Positions 27,901 through 40,715 of a DNA stretch of 64,000 nt are shown piece after piece; the first letter of the stretch is position 1, and each line of letters opens with the position of its first letter. Below the pieces are notes generated by a model that saw only the letters and a list, made by a program, of their open reading frames with translations, had not been told where the DNA came from and did no database searches. The DNA is taken from assembly GCF_963506605.1 (NCBI RefSeq), contig NC_083292.1, forward strand, positions 28,024,001 through 28,088,000, read 5' to 3'. The position numbers and the translations under genes are program-made. Source of the DNA: Zootoca vivipara. Lineage: Eukaryota.

Positions 27901-30900
27901 GGGAGGAAAGGTAAGCCTTTCTCTCCTCCAGGGGCCCACCCCAAATTCAGAAGGAGAAACATGAGCAGAATTGAGGTCCACTAAGATGAAAACAGCCCGA
28001 CAGGCACACATTGTGACAATTTCTCTTTTTGTATTCTTTGTTTACAGCCAAACAGGCAAAAGAAGGTTTATTGTGCCCCTGGGAGGCTTGACTGAAATTG
28101 GCACTAGGGAAGGGTAGANNNNNNNNNNNNNNNNNNNNNNNNNNNNNNNNNNNNNNNNNNNNNNNNNNNNNNNNNNNNNNNNNNNNNNNNNNNNNNNNNN
28201 NNNNNNNNNNNNNNNNNNNNNNNNNNNNNNNNNNNNNNNNNNNNNNNNNNNNNNNNNNNNNNNNNCTAGTCTTTATGGAAGCAAGTGCATGAGATAACAA
28301 AAAAAACATACATGGGTGTCATTTGTAAACTCAGCCCTGACTGGCCGTTCCTGTGACACATCTCCGTGGCAGAAACCCAGGAATTAAGGCTCCCTGCAAA
28401 GTTCAGGCAGGCAGGCCGGCCGGTTCAGATCCCACCCTCTACCAGACTTGCCTCGTGCCATAAGGCATCCACCACGTAGAGAAGCTGGAAGCCATTAACG
28501 AGGATCATGGCCAAGGAAGGGCTTCCTCTCAGCTCCGTCTCCTTCACCAACATGGCCATGTTAATCAGGGCCTATGAGAGAGCAGGCAAGCAGCAGTTGC
28601 GGAGGGGGGGGGGGAAGCAGTATTATCCTCATCACCATTAATAGTAGCAAAAGATACAGCTTGTGGCATACCCCTCAACTGTCCCGTTTCAAGCAAGACA
28701 CCCCAGAATTACAGAAGCCATTCTGGCTCCTGGGATGTCTCATTTTGGCTCCTGCGAGAGTATGGCCCCCCGAAAGACGTGAAAACAATCTGAAGGGGAG
28801 GTTGCTGCCAGCTCTCTGGCAGGGGTGGGCAACATAGCTGCCAAGTTTTCCCTTTTCTCGCGAGGAAGCCTATTCAGCATAAGGGAAAATCCCTTTAAAA
28901 AAGGGATAACTTAGCAGCTATGGTGGGCAACCTTCGGCCCTCTAGATGTTGCTGAACTACAACTCCTGTCATCCCTGGTCATTGTTGGGGCTGATGGGAG
29001 TTGTAGTTCAGCAGCACCTGGAGGGTCAAAGGTTCCCCACACCTGCTCTACGGGCTGATTTGAACCCGCGTTTCCGCAGCCCTCACCCAGCGCTCCAACC
29101 ACAACACCATACTGGATCCCAGTTGTGTCGGCTGCCTGCTCCCCAGTGATCTGGACCCTCCAGTATTTGGGGGGGGGCCTCCTTGGCGCTGACACACTGA
29201 CACAAAGGGGTCGCTCTCCAACCCTGCCTTCGGCTACCAGCGCAGGGATGCCTACCCATCCAAGGAGACCCGGGCGCAGCTCACAGAAGAACTTCAGGTC
29301 AAAGATATTGATACGTGGGTTCAATTCATGGCCCATGAAGAAGTCGTAAACGGGGTTTCCTGTGGGATGGGGGGAGAGGCAAAGAGGGGAAAAACACTTT
29401 GGGGAGGTGGTTCTGACGCATTCCTCTAGGCCAGGGGTCTCCAAACTAAGGCCCGGGGGCCAGTTGTGACCCAATCACCTTCTAAATCCGGCCCACGGAC
29501 GGCCCGGGAATCAGCATGTTTTTACATGAGTAGAATGTGTCCTTTTATTTAAAACTAATATCATGAAGCCCGTTAAATTAACGGGTGCTAGAACAGACCT
29601 GTTGCTCTAGCAACCTCGGGACATGCACAGAGTGCCCGCGCACACCCGCCGCTTCAACAGTTCCGGCCGGCCGAAGTCTCTGCGCTCCAAGTCCCAATGG
29701 CTGTTCGTGGGGCACATGCGCAGTAGCGCAATCCCACGGACACAGGGACTGGACGCAGAGACACTTGCACTTTTATTTGAAGGGTGCATCTCTGGGCTAT
29801 TTGTGGAGCATAGGAATTCGTTCATTTTATTTTATTTTTTTCAAAATATAGCCGGCCCCCCACAAGGTCTGAGGGACAGTGGACCGGCCCCCCGCTGAAA
29901 AAGTTTGCTGACCCCTGCTCTAGGCAGCTGCACCCCCGTGAAGCAGGAAAGTGTTGGCAGAACGTTGCGCCCACATTTTCAGCATATATGCTCAGAAACC
30001 AGAGGAAGAACACACAGCCTCCCAGAATGCTCTGCAGCTGATCTTACAGACACCACGACTCAGCGTAAGAGAGCCTGTGTGGGGTAGGGGTTAGAGTGAC
30101 GCACTAGGATCTGAGAGACCAGGGTTCAAATCTCCACTCAGCCATGAAGCTCCCTAGGTGATTTTAGGCCCTTTGCATTACCAAATACCTTTCCGGCCTA
30201 TTCGCATTTCCCTATACTTAATGGTTAATAATGATGCAAATTACATATACGAAGAGATAATTGCCAACTGGGGATAATAATTTGCGTCCCCTGGGTATTT
30301 TATCATTTTTTCACGTAGTGATTTTTATACCGTTGCCGTATAACAAGAATATCAGCAAGAATAATGCTACATATGTGGGTTTCCTGCAAAAACTCCTGCC
30401 TCTAGAAATGAACGAGCCTTAAAAGGACTACAGGCCTCTCTGTTGTTTTTGCTAAATGGTGTATCATCCCCAGGAGATGGTCCTTATCCCTTTTTGCCAG
30501 CTAATTCACACTAGGAGAAAATGGTTTCGGTCTCCCCCACCCCTCCTTTTTCCTTCCTACCACCCCACCACCACCTGCCACCAGCTTGCACCAGACACGG
30601 GACGTTTGATGGGTTTTGGCCATGCCCATCAAGTCGCTAGTCCCTGGCGGGGCGGAGCTGGCAAGAAGGCCAGAAGGAGCCTTGTGAGGGTTCACATCTC
30701 ACCTGAGTTCCCGCCTGGGGCCAGGGCTGCCTCTGGGGCAAACAAGGCCTTGATGTACAGGAGGGCGCTGAGACCAAAGGCCACGAGGGAGGCAGAGAAG
30801 GCCAACTGCAGGAAATGGTCGTGGATGTAGCTGAGGCGCAGTCCAGCAGCCAGGCCGGCTCCAACCACCAGCGCTGTGACCACCATGGCATGACACCCTG

Positions 30901-33900
30901 AGAAATGTGGGGCAGGGGGAGAAAGAGAGCAGGGCAAACAAACAACGACCAGACAATCATTGATGATCCCTCCTGCCCCCACAGGCCTTCCTAAGCCAAT
31001 ACTGATATGGTTAAACTTGGGGAAAAACACGAAGTGGCTTTCATAGCTGCCAAGTCTCCCGTTTTCCCCAGGAAATCCCCGTTTTTCTAGATGTTCCTAG
31101 CTGAAAAAACGGATTTTTTTGTTTTCCCCCAGTTTATTCTGGCGCGGCGGCCATTTTGGAACTGGGCGCAGCATGCCCAGAAGCGACTTTTGATGCTGCT
31201 CTGCCCAGTTCCAAAATGGCTGCAGTGCGACTTCTGGCGCTGTGGCCATTTTGGAACTGGGCAAAGCAGCATCAAAAGTCACTTCTGAGCATGCTCCGCC
31301 CAGTTCCAAAATGGCGGCAGCGCTACTTCTGGTCTGCTATTTCCGGCCCGGTCCCTTATTTCTCTGACAGCAGCTTAGCAGGTATGGTGGCTTTTAATAA
31401 AATGTTCTTGGTCTTGAAACACTGGGATGCACTGAAAGGCCACTAAGCGCCACATCTCTCTCCATTGTTGAACGCCACCACCAGCACCCCTGGTGGCCGT
31501 ATCACCTCTGGGGCACCTTTCCCAAGGGTGGGGGGGCACCTACCATTAATCCGGTACTGGAGCCGGGTCTTGTCTCGCAGCGGGGTCCCTTCTGTGAGCT
31601 GTTGAAAACACACACACACAGAGTGAGATACAGAAAGCGGTGGTGGGGTCTATGTTGCCAGGGCTGCCTGAAAGGGGGTTGCTTTCTTTATATCAGGGTT
31701 TCCCAAACTTGGGTCTCCAGCTGTTCTTAAGACCACAATTCCCAGCATCGCTGGCCACTGGTCCTGCCAGCTAGGGATGATGGGAGTTGTAGTCCGACAA
31801 CAGCTGGAGACCCACGTTTGGGAAACTCTGCTTCATATGGAACCAGAGGGAAGCCTCTCTGGTGGGAGAGGAATGCTCAAAACGCACTTTGGGGAAATAA
31901 AAAGACAGAGGGCTGTTTTGGCCTTTCCCCACGACTCAAGGGTCCCTCTGTAGCCAAGGGCAGCCGCTGTTTTCTGATGCCAATTCCCTATTTTTCTGCC
32001 ATTTTACCAGTGGGAGCAGCTAGCCTTTCTCCCCATTGTGCAGATGAGGAAAACTGAGGCCAGGCTGCAGAACCTTACTGCGGTGCAGGCAAGAAGGAGT
32101 CCATGGCAGAAGCCAGGAAAAATCCTTTGAGAGTGTGGAGGTCTACTTACCTTCCCCATCGGGAGCATGTATAAGAGAGCTTGCAGGCCAACCCAGGCCA
32201 AGACCAGGGCAAAGTCCCGGGGGTCCCACAGGGAGCGGAGGGTGGGCAAAGGATGGGGGATGTTCAACAGGCTGGCCTGCTCCGTTCTGCAAGTCAGCAG
32301 GAGGTAGAAGACAGTGGTGGGCATCAGGACGATAAGGAGGGCAGCCCCTGTGATGAAAAAAGATGGAGCGGTCAGAAAGGGGAAGAGACAGAACCCAGGA
32401 GTCCAAGCCTCCCTAATAGAGGATTTCTATATCTGACTGCAAGATTGCTAACCTCTCTGATTTCTGTAATAGGGCAGGCAGAAATGTAAAAGGTGGGTCC
32501 GCCCCCCCCCCCAATGTGCAGAGGCAATGATGGCAAAAAGCTTTCCCAGTTGAATTTCTGATGGAGACTTGATACTCTCCTCACCACCACCCGCTTGGGG
32601 ACAGGTGGAAAGACCTAGGCACCTCCCTTTAAAACACAGCTACACCTTCGATTTAAATGGTTTAATAACAGACCTGTAGTTCTCCTAGTCAACCTAAGAG
32701 ACAATTTTCAGCAGCCTGCAAAACTACAATTCCCAGTAGGCTTTGGGGGAACCCAGGGCGGTTTCTGCATCCTCCATCATCCAAGAATGGGACCCAAAAA
32801 TTCCGCCTGCTGCATCCTTCCTCTCCTAATCACAATGACAAAATGGGCGGAGGGAGGTCCTAGCTTCCAACTCCTCCCCCCACCCCACAAAAACCACCCA
32901 CCTTTTGATCAGCGCTGCCCCCTCCTGCCTCTTTCAGAGCAGCTTGATGTGCAGACATTATTAGCAAGGAGTCACCAGGTTTGCTTTCATGATGTGAAAT
33001 CAGCTGCCAATTTCAGCCCACCAAGCTGCTCTTAAGGGCACACAGCTCGGCTGGAGTCGGCTGGTTACCCTCCCTAATCGCTAGACCTCCTCCCTCTCTT
33101 CCAGAAATGGAGAAAAGAGCCCAGGGAATCCTCCTTATACACCACGACATGGTGAAACTATGGAACTCTCCCTCGCTGGATGCATTTGTGTGGCTTTAAA
33201 AGGGGACTAGAGAAATTAATGGAGGGGGCTGCCAATGCTACTACTAGGGAGCTCTGCTTTGCCCTCACGGTCAGAGGCAGTAAAGGGCTTTGTGATTCCC
33301 TTAGGGGCATCTGGATGGCTCCTCTTGTGTCCTTATAGATCACAATCTACGGCAGAAGATTTCGGAACTCGGGGGTTTCTCAGCGATCCCTGGCTCTTGG
33401 TCACCTTTTGCACTTACAAAACTGAAACTACAGAAAGAAGGCAAGTTAGCCTTGGCATATGCAAAGGCTCTTAAGTGGGGGGGGTGCTATTCCGATTTAG
33501 AGGGGGAGGTGGCATGACCTGCTTCTTAAAAACAGGAGGAGCTTGGGGAGGGATGAGATAAAGGTCTTGTTACAAAAGTTGAGTGCCTCCCCCTCCTCTC
33601 TGTCGAGCGGTAGCCAGAGTCCATGGGGTTCCAAGAACTCACCCAGGGTCCCTTTGGAGACTGTCGTAGCTTTAAGAAATATGATTTATTCACCTATTTA
33701 CACCTTCAGTCTGCAGGGAGGGAGTCAAAGCATGGTCACCTCAAGAGGGGCTTGTCCCCCACAGCAGTGCAGCCCTGGCATCTCTCCCAGCTAGCCTTCA
33801 GCCAGCCTGCCCAAGATGGATCCCAGTCTTTCTTTTCTCCCCTTCTTCTTCCCAACGCACCTGGCTAAAAATTACCTTTTCTTGTCATACAACACCGAGT

Positions 33901-34423
33901 TATCCTGGCAACCTTCCAAACCCCCAGTCTCTGTTCACACCTCAGGGCAAGGGTGGGTGGGGAGAAGGACATTTCTCTTGCATTGACAATGGCCCTCAAT
34001 GATCCTGTATTGTTTCTTAATGGCCCTAAGCTTGGTCAGGTGTTTGGCATAGGATAGCTCAGGAATTCCTCTGCAGCCTGTATTTCTCCCTTCGCATCCC
34101 CAAATAAAAAAAATCCTACGGTTTATTCAGCCCAGACACTGAGATCCAGCGCCAAGGGCCTTCTGGCGGTTCCCTCATTGTGAGAAGTGAGGTTACAGGG
34201 AACCAGGCAGAGGGCCTTCCTGGTAGTGGCACCTGCCAGGTGGAACGCCCTCCCAGCAGATGTCAAGGAAATAAGCAACTATTTTACTTTTAGAAGACAA
34301 CTGAAGGCAGCCCTGTTTAGGGAAGTTTTTAATATTTGATGCTGTACTGTTTTTAATATTCGGTTGGAAGCTGCCCAGAGTGGCTGGGGAAACCCAGCCA
34401 GATGGGCGGGGTATAAATAATAA

Positions 34424-34469
<46 letters not shown>

Positions 34470-34610
34470 CTAAGGTTTAGCCCCTGCACCCAATCTATAA
34501 CAGTATCCTTCTGCCTGCGCACACACACACCCTGCTCTCAGCCTTCCCCCCTCACCTAGGACGCCTCCAAATTCCAGCTCTCTGGTGCGGGGGACCTTCA
34601 GTCGATCCAT
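24959..34610 (-). CDS. TM7SF2: Delta(14)-sterol reductase TM7SF2 (DHCR14), 419 aa
   Basis: Exons (- strand) 34610-34556, 32347-32151, 31598-31544, 30897-30703, 29359-29256, 28571-28452 (GC donor), 27733-27565, 26624-26544, 26208-26086, 25119-24959 total 1260 nt. ERG4/ERG24 motifs: [116 protein letters not shown]. Confidence 0.96.
28119..28265. other. Assembly gap (N run) in a TM7SF2 intron
   Basis: 147 N. Confidence 1.
28833..28922. mobile_element. 90-bp hAT MITE (CATAGCTG TIR), inserted into an older CAGGGG-type MITE
   Basis: TIR CATAGCTGCCAAG / CTTAGCAGCTATG. 8-bp TSD GTGGGCAA at 28825-32 and 28923-30. Confidence 0.85.
29432..29917. mobile_element. hAT MITE with nested insertion
   Basis: Ends CAGGGGTC...GACCCCTG. 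8-bp TSD CTCTAGGC at 29424-31 and 29918-25. Confidence 0.85.
29555..29784 (-). mobile_element. Short non-autonomous Helitron-like element nested in the hAT MITE
   Basis: Absent from the sister MITE at 12116 (empty site TAAAA|TGCATC). Inserted between A and T with no TSD. Hairpin CCCGTTAA-T-TTAACGGG lies about 14 nt from the (- strand) 3' end TTAG. Confidence 0.7.
31042..31386. mobile_element. 345-bp hAT MITE of the CATAGCTG family with strong internal palindromes
   Basis: TIR CATAGCTGCCAAG / CTTAGCAGGTATG. TSD GTGGCTTT on both sides. Four alternating copies of GCCATTTTGGAACTGGGC / GCCCAGTTCCAAAATGGC. Confidence 0.85.
31694..31830. mobile_element. Short hAT MITE carrying an ACTACAA(C/T)TCCCA motif
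   Basis: TIR CAGGGTTTCCCAAAC / GTTTGGGAAACTCTG. TSD CTTTATAT/CTTCATAT. Related copies at about 13475-13612, 25495-25625 and 28820-29046. Confidence 0.7.
34125..34468 (+). mobile_element. L2-type LINE 3' end with (TTA)n tail
   Basis: GCTGCCCAGAGTGGCTGGGGAAACCCAGCCAGATGGGCGGGGTATAAATAATAAA(TTA)n. Homologous to the - strand copy at 43580-44075. Confidence 0.7.
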
Positions 34611-35333
34611 TGTCCTCTTGAGCAGGTCCCGGGCCAGAAACCTCCTCTTGCAAGTTGCCCTGGTCTTCAGCAACCACACACAGACCTAGAGAAAGAATCC
34701 ATGAAGACCAAACGGAGCCCCTTGAGACAAGCCTCCGAGTCTCCCCCCATGTGCGGTTCGATGGTCGAGCAGATTTTGATCGCCTGTTAACCGAAGCCAC
34801 ATTCTTTCTAACTGACTGTGCCTTACATGCAAGGCCGCCTGGCCGTGGAGTAATTCCGCCCAGGTCCCCTTCTTTTTTTAGACATTAATCACCAGGAGGG
34901 CACAGCCAACAAAAGCCGGCCAGCTGGAGGCTGGGATTCCAGAGCAAGGGCAGGCTTGTCGGACTGCCATGTCTGCCCTGTTAGACATCTGCCACTAGTC
35001 TACCTCGCAGGGCTGTTGTAAGGTATGCACAGCATTTTGAACCCTTTGGAACAGGCCTCCAGTCGATATAAAGTGCTACTAGTTCATGAGCACCTGTGAA
35101 ATGCCTCTCATAGGAACACAGGATGCTGCCTTTGGCAGAGTCAGGCCGTTGTCCCATCGAGTTCAGTATTGCCTCCACTGGTTGGCAGCATCTCTCTAGA
35201 CTCTTTCCCAGTCAACCATCATAACAGGGAAGGATGTTTTGTATCCAAAACAAGTGCTTGGCAAGTCCACCTCCCCTTTCCCAGAAAATCTGCAACTCAG
35301 GATAAATATTTGGGTGCAATTATTTCAAACAGC

Positions 35334-35699
35334 GAGGGACCCAGGTGGCGCTGTGGGTTAAACCACAGAGTCTAGGGCTTGCTGATCAGAAGATCGGCGG
35401 TTCGAATCCCTGCAACGGGGCGAGCTCTCGTTGCTTGGTCCCAGCTCCTGCCCACCTAGCAGTTCAAAAGCACATCAAAGTGCAAGTAGATAAATAGGGA
35501 CCGCTCCGGCGGGAAGGTAAATGGTGTTTCTGTGCGCTGCTCTGGCTCGCCAGAAGCAGCTTTGTCTTGCTGGCCACATGACCCAGAAGCTGTCTGCGGA
35601 CAAACGCCGGCTCCCTCGGCCTATAGAGCGAGATGAGCGCCGCAACCTCAGAGTCGGACATGACGGGACCTGATGGTCAGGGGCCCCTTTACCTTTACC
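35334..35699 (+). mobile_element. Full-length Sauria SINE
   Basis: tRNA-like head GGGACCCAGGTGGCGCTGTGGGTTAAACC...GGTTCGAATCC, tail (ACCTTT)n, TSD TATTTCAAACAGC at 35321-33 and 35700-12. Confidence 0.85.
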
Positions 35700-37301
35700 T
35701 ATTTCAAACAGCAGGTGCAAAGTGTACCCCCTACCCCACCTCTTGGGGTCATGAGCCCAAGAGTGGGTCAAACTCCCTCACTTAGTCTCCTGCTGCTGCA
35801 CAAAATTGGAGTTGGCGCTTGGCACGTTTGAGCCTCGGCACCCATTTCTGGTACCAAAGCACACTTCTCAAAGTTACAATCGAGTGCCTCTGAGCATATT
35901 GGGAGTGCTTGCTCTCTCACCACTAAGCCCTCCAGACACATCTGGACATTGTTAGGACAAGGGAAATGTGAGCCCCAGCATACACCCATTCTATTCCTCA
36001 CCTTTCCGCCTAGGAGTCCACTGTGACGTATTTTTGTCTTCACAGCAGCCCTGTGAGGGGAGAGTGAGACAGTGTGACTGGCCCAAGAGAGTTTCATGGC
36101 CAAGTAGGGATTTAGGCCTTCATGGTCTAGGTTTGCCAACACACCACACATTTAAAGCATCCCTGCCCAAGGATCCTGGGAAATGTAGTTTGCTCCTCAC
36201 ATAGCTACAATTCCCAGCACCCTTCACGAATTACAATTTCCAAGCTTAGTTGGGATGCCTATAAATAACTGCCTTACAACAACTGGTTCTCAACTGAAGC
36301 CTCAAACCTGTGAAATTGTTGGTTTACTTACTGCTTCCAAAAGGAATCAGCTTTTCTCCTCCTTTCCTTTAGAGTCCTGTCAGTTTTGTAATTTAGCATT
36401 AAGAACATGCTAACTGCCTTGTTGCCTCTGTCTCAAATTCTCAGCCCAGTTCCCTGTCTCCAGCAGAGAAAGCAACCCTCCAACAAAGAAGCTCAAAATC
36501 CAACAGCCTGTGGCAGATTTGTCCTCATAAGCGAGAGAACTGCCAACCTTTGAAGCTTTTGCATGTATCTTCAAGAAGAACTATTAAACCACCTGACAAG
36601 GTGCATGCTTGAAATCCACGCCATTTGCATCACCTCCAAAGTGTCTGCACCCCAAATACAGCCACAGCAGGCACCATAACCTTCCAACAACAGCTTGACT
36701 TCACCCACACACACCCCCAAAAAGGCACACACTTCCATTGTCTCCTGCTGAAACAGACTGAGGCCAACAACATTATGAGGTAATGTTGGGTAATCTCAAG
36801 GTACTTTGGGAGTCAGAATTTGTGGCGCTTCTGAGGAGGACAGTTCTGCTCCTGACCTCAATACATTTCAAAAGAGGGAGATGTCAGATGCCTCGCAGCA
36901 GGTCTGGGTGCAGGATCCAACCCTTATAGGAAGCTGCCATACTGGATCAGTCCCCATCTTGCCTGCCCAGCAGCAGCCACCCTCAACATTACCTAGAGAA
37001 ATGTGTGTGAAAGAGAGAGACAGAGAGATTGAACCTGGCCGGGGTAGGGTGGGGGAACCTTCTGCGTGCAAAACATGCGCCCTCCCATTTGAGCTACAGC
37101 CACCCTTCCCCTAAGGAGCAAGGTCCCAGTCCTCATGTTTCTGGAGAAAAGGCGTCTTTAGATAGGAAGGAAGGCACCTGCCTCGCAGCCTCATCCTCCG
37201 CCGGTGCTTGCTGCGCCTAAGTTCCACATCCACCGACGGCGCTGCACTTCCAGACGGGGGGGCTTTCCTAGCCCAGCGGAAGCGCTGCTGGCGAGGATCA
37301 T

Positions 37302-37391
37302 CATAGCTGTCAAGTTCTCCCTTTTTTTAAGGGAAATTCCCTTATGCTGAATAGGCTTCCTCGCGAGAAAAGGGAAAACCTGACGGCTATG
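37302..37391. mobile_element. 90-bp hAT MITE (CATAGCTG family)
   Basis: Near-identical to 55689-55778. GCGAGGAT flanks both sides (extra CAT on the left). Confidence 0.85.
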
Positions 37392-37610
37392 GCGAGGATG
37401 CCAATCTCAGGTTGGGCCGGGCCTTTCGGGAAGGTCCCTAAAGCCACCCTCCCCCGCGGGGGCAAGGGACCACCATCCCCTGCCTGGCTTGGGTGCACCC
37501 CGAGAGGGACCCACGCATGTCTGCCCCACCCACTGGCCCTCCAGATCCAGCCAGCAACAGCGGCGGCATCCTCTGGCATGGGGGTGGGGACACGCCGGAG
37601 GAAGGCTTAC

Positions 37611-37860
37611 CTGGCGGCGGCGGCGCCTGGATGCGGGATGCGCTCACCTGTCCCAGCCACCTGCCCGCCCGCATCAGCCCGGCATCAGCGGCGCCACCCT
37701 CTGCCCATCCTGTCCCTATCTCGGAGCAGCCAATCGCGCCCCGGGGGAGGAGGGCGAGGAGCCTATCAGGCGACAGGAGGCGGGCCCGCATCGCTGCTCA
37801 TCCCGTCCCGTCCAGCCCTGTTCGTGCCATCCAGGCGCCCGAGGGAAGGAATGAAATCGT
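37611..37860 (-). promoter_or_regulatory. CpG-island promoter and probable non-coding exon 1 of TM7SF2
   Basis: CpG-rich. Donor CAG|GTAAGC at 37611/37610 (-), CCAAT box at about 37730, GC boxes. Matching acceptor TTTCTCTAG| at 34686 (-) upstream of the ATG exon. Confidence 0.65.
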
Positions 37861-39104
37861 GGTGAAAAAGGGAGAGGACAAAAGGAGGTTGTTTTTTTTG
37901 GGGGGGGGGAGACGGTGGTGTCCCAGGCCTCCGCTTTCGCCGTCCTGGGTTCCCTTGGTGGTGGAAAAATGTGCTAATGAGAAGGGAGAGAGTGCCTGAG
38001 CATACGCAGAGTGCAAAACGCCTGCTGCTCTAATGCACTGGAGAAATGAAGAACTGGGGGTGGGGGCACGGACCAAAACGGAAAGAAATACCAGGACGCG
38101 TCGAGATGGCTTTTAAATCTGGAGGCTCGCCTATTGTTTCTAAAATGAATAAATATGCTGCCTTCAAGTCTCCGTTAAGCCACAGGAATTTTATTTATTT
38201 ATATCCCATCTTTTTACGAGAGGCAGCATGCATGACTCGGCTCTTCTACTGCAAGTGGCCTTTTAATTAAAGGCGCTGCTTGGAGTCTCGTATCTCAGCG
38301 GCACCTGCTTTCTGCAAAACCAGCTCATCCACAATGATGTGATGTGATGTGGCTGTTAGTACACCTGGGGGCGCTGCAGCATAACCATCGTATTACTGTA
38401 TCTCCTTCACTGGCCTCATAGGCACCAACTCCTTGTAGCAGAGGTCCCTTCGCCCCCCCTCCCAAAAATTAATAATAATTGAAGGGGCCGCCCCTCCCCC
38501 ATTTGATGCGCATTGCCATACAAATGGTGTGCGAATACCATGTGTTATAGAAAAGGTGTGGGTTTGTTTTCCCTTTGGCTGCTCAGATTTGGCAAGTCGG
38601 TTTTTCGGATAGGGATATAGACCGTATCCGTGAGTACCAAGCTTCTGCAATCAAGCCGAAAGCAGTGTGCCATCGCAAAGCAATCTCCATTCAAACCAAC
38701 TGCAAGGAGAAATATTAGGAGTTCTTTATGGAAGACCCACATAGACCATGTGTCCATTATTCTCAGTACAGTGAGTTTGTGAGAGGGTGCTGTGTGTGTC
38801 AAGTTGTTCAGGCCTGAGACACGCAAGAACCTTTGCTTTGCTTTGCAAAGGGAATGGAAGGAGACAAAGATGAACAACTAAACCTCAACCTGGGTGGGGG
38901 GGGGAGAGAGTCTTCCTTTGCAAGGGAATGTATGGAGGGAAAATCCAGACCAAAAATGAAAGTTCAAGACTTTATTACCTAGCAAAGTATTTAAACAGTG
39001 AGGTGCTTTCTCCCTTGTGGAGACTGACTCTGGGAAAAAGGGAGAGAGAAGCTGGAATGAAGCTATTACCCTACCTAGCATCACACAAACCCTAAATTCA
39101 TAGT

Positions 39105-39312
39105 TACAGGTAGGTAGCCGTGTTGGTCTGAGTCGAAGCAAAATAAAAAAATTCCTTCAGTAGCACCTTAAGGACCAACTAAGTTTTTATTTTGGTATGA
39201 GCTTTCGTGTGCATGCATCTTCAGCGTGTATCTGAAGAAGTGTGCATGCACACGAAAGCTCATACCAAAATAAAAACTTAGTTGGTCTTTAAGGTGCTAC
39301 TGAAGGAATTTT
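39105..39312. mobile_element. Penelope-like element terminal remnant (inverted-repeat arrangement)
   Basis: Long inverted repeat AATTCCTTCAGTAGCACCTTAAGGACCAACTAAG...GGTATGAGCTTTCG / CGAAAGCTCATACC...CTTAGTTGGTCTTTAAGGTGCTACTGAAGGAATT containing a hammerhead motif. Confidence 0.7.
39228..39265 (+). ncRNA. Minimal type-I hammerhead ribozyme motif
   Basis: GUAU-CUGAAGA-A-GUGUG(CAUG)CACAC-GAAA-GC-UC-AUAC: both core boxes, stem II, stem I (GUAU/AUAC) and a palindromic minimal stem III. Confidence 0.7.
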
Positions 39313-40658
39313 CCTAAATTCATACACTCTCAAGAGCACACACACCAAGGAACCTGAGTAAGGGTTCTGTAACAAGCAAAGATAGGGGGAAAGTGAGGCC
39401 TGCAGATATGTCTTGACTCTTCAGAATTCTGCTGTTTAAGTCTTTTCTGAATTATAATCCTTTCTTCACATTGTAATATTTTCCCCAGTTGGCTTCTCCC
39501 ACTTGGTCTTTTCTGCCCCAAATTGCCTTCTTGGTGTTGGCACTGAAACAGAACTGCCTTATAGACACATGGCAAAGGAAATTCCACCCCACAGGATGTG
39601 GGAAACAGTGCTGGGCTGCGAAAGTGGGCATTTCCCCTTTGCCCAAATAATCCATGATGGTCTCAATATTTGTCCTTTTCACATGCGCGGGAACTTCCGT
39701 TTGCGTACGTTCAAAGTTAGGGCCAACCTTGTTTCTTTGCTTCTTCGTCCTCTGTAAGCAAAACCCCATCACTCGCAAACCTTGGATTGATTTCAAGGCT
39801 GAATTACTCGGCAAAGCTAATGATCAATCTAACTGGAATAAGGACGCAGTTTTACTGATAATGAAAGGAGAGATGTTTTAAAAGCGTTATGTTTGAATGC
39901 ATCATAAGCATAAACATCTCTAACAAATGTTATTTATTTCACTAAATGTATACATACACCTCTTTTTTAAAAAAACAAAACAAAAAACATTGCTCAAACC
40001 TTACTATGTTACGTATTTTTGTGTTATTATACTGTAAGCCACCCTGTGATCCTCAGATGAAGGGCGTTATATAAATTTAATAGGTAAATAAAATAAATAA
40101 ATAAATAAATAGTAGATTACTTAACTTGCTAGGTTGCCAAATCCACAAGTTGGCTCTAGAGCTTCTGCTTCTTAGGGTTATCAGCTACCAAAACCATGTT
40201 TAAGGATACAAAATGCATTTTAATCATCACACACCCACACCCCAAAACTGCTGAGGGTGGAGGAACTACCAAGAACTGATAGGTAGGATCTCTAGGAAAG
40301 GATGTCTCTCACATACTTTGGACCTAAGTCGTTTAGGGCTTAGGAACCAAAGGGATAGGGAATTGGAATGGGCAGTTTTGACAGCAGGGAGTAGGAGGGT
40401 AGACTCACTTCCAGGACTGTCCCTGGAAAATCGGGACATTTGGAGGGTCTGCAATCACACAGCATTTGCCTCTGTGTGTGTGTGTGTTTGGCTTGTTTTG
40501 CTTACACATGCCGGAAACAAAAAATAAAAAAAGCCAGCTTGGGGGTGTGAGTTACGAAACGTCAGCAAATTGGGCTTTGCTACTTGAATACACGGAGATT
40601 ATGGGCCTACCGAATGGATGTTCCCACGCATGCGAAAAGGACAACAATGAGGCATTTG

Positions 40659-40662
<4 letters not shown>

Positions 40663-40714
<52 letters not shown>

Positions 40715-40715
40715 T
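40663..40715. repeat. (TTA)n microsatellite in the TLR5S 3' UTR region
   Basis: About 17 TTA units. Confidence 0.9.

Noticed and set aside
35337-35412. tRNA-like A/B boxes (also at about 56000-56071, 59525-59590 and 63600-63660)
   Set aside because: These are heads of tRNA-derived SINEs, followed by SINE bodies or tails; there is no complete cloverleaf.
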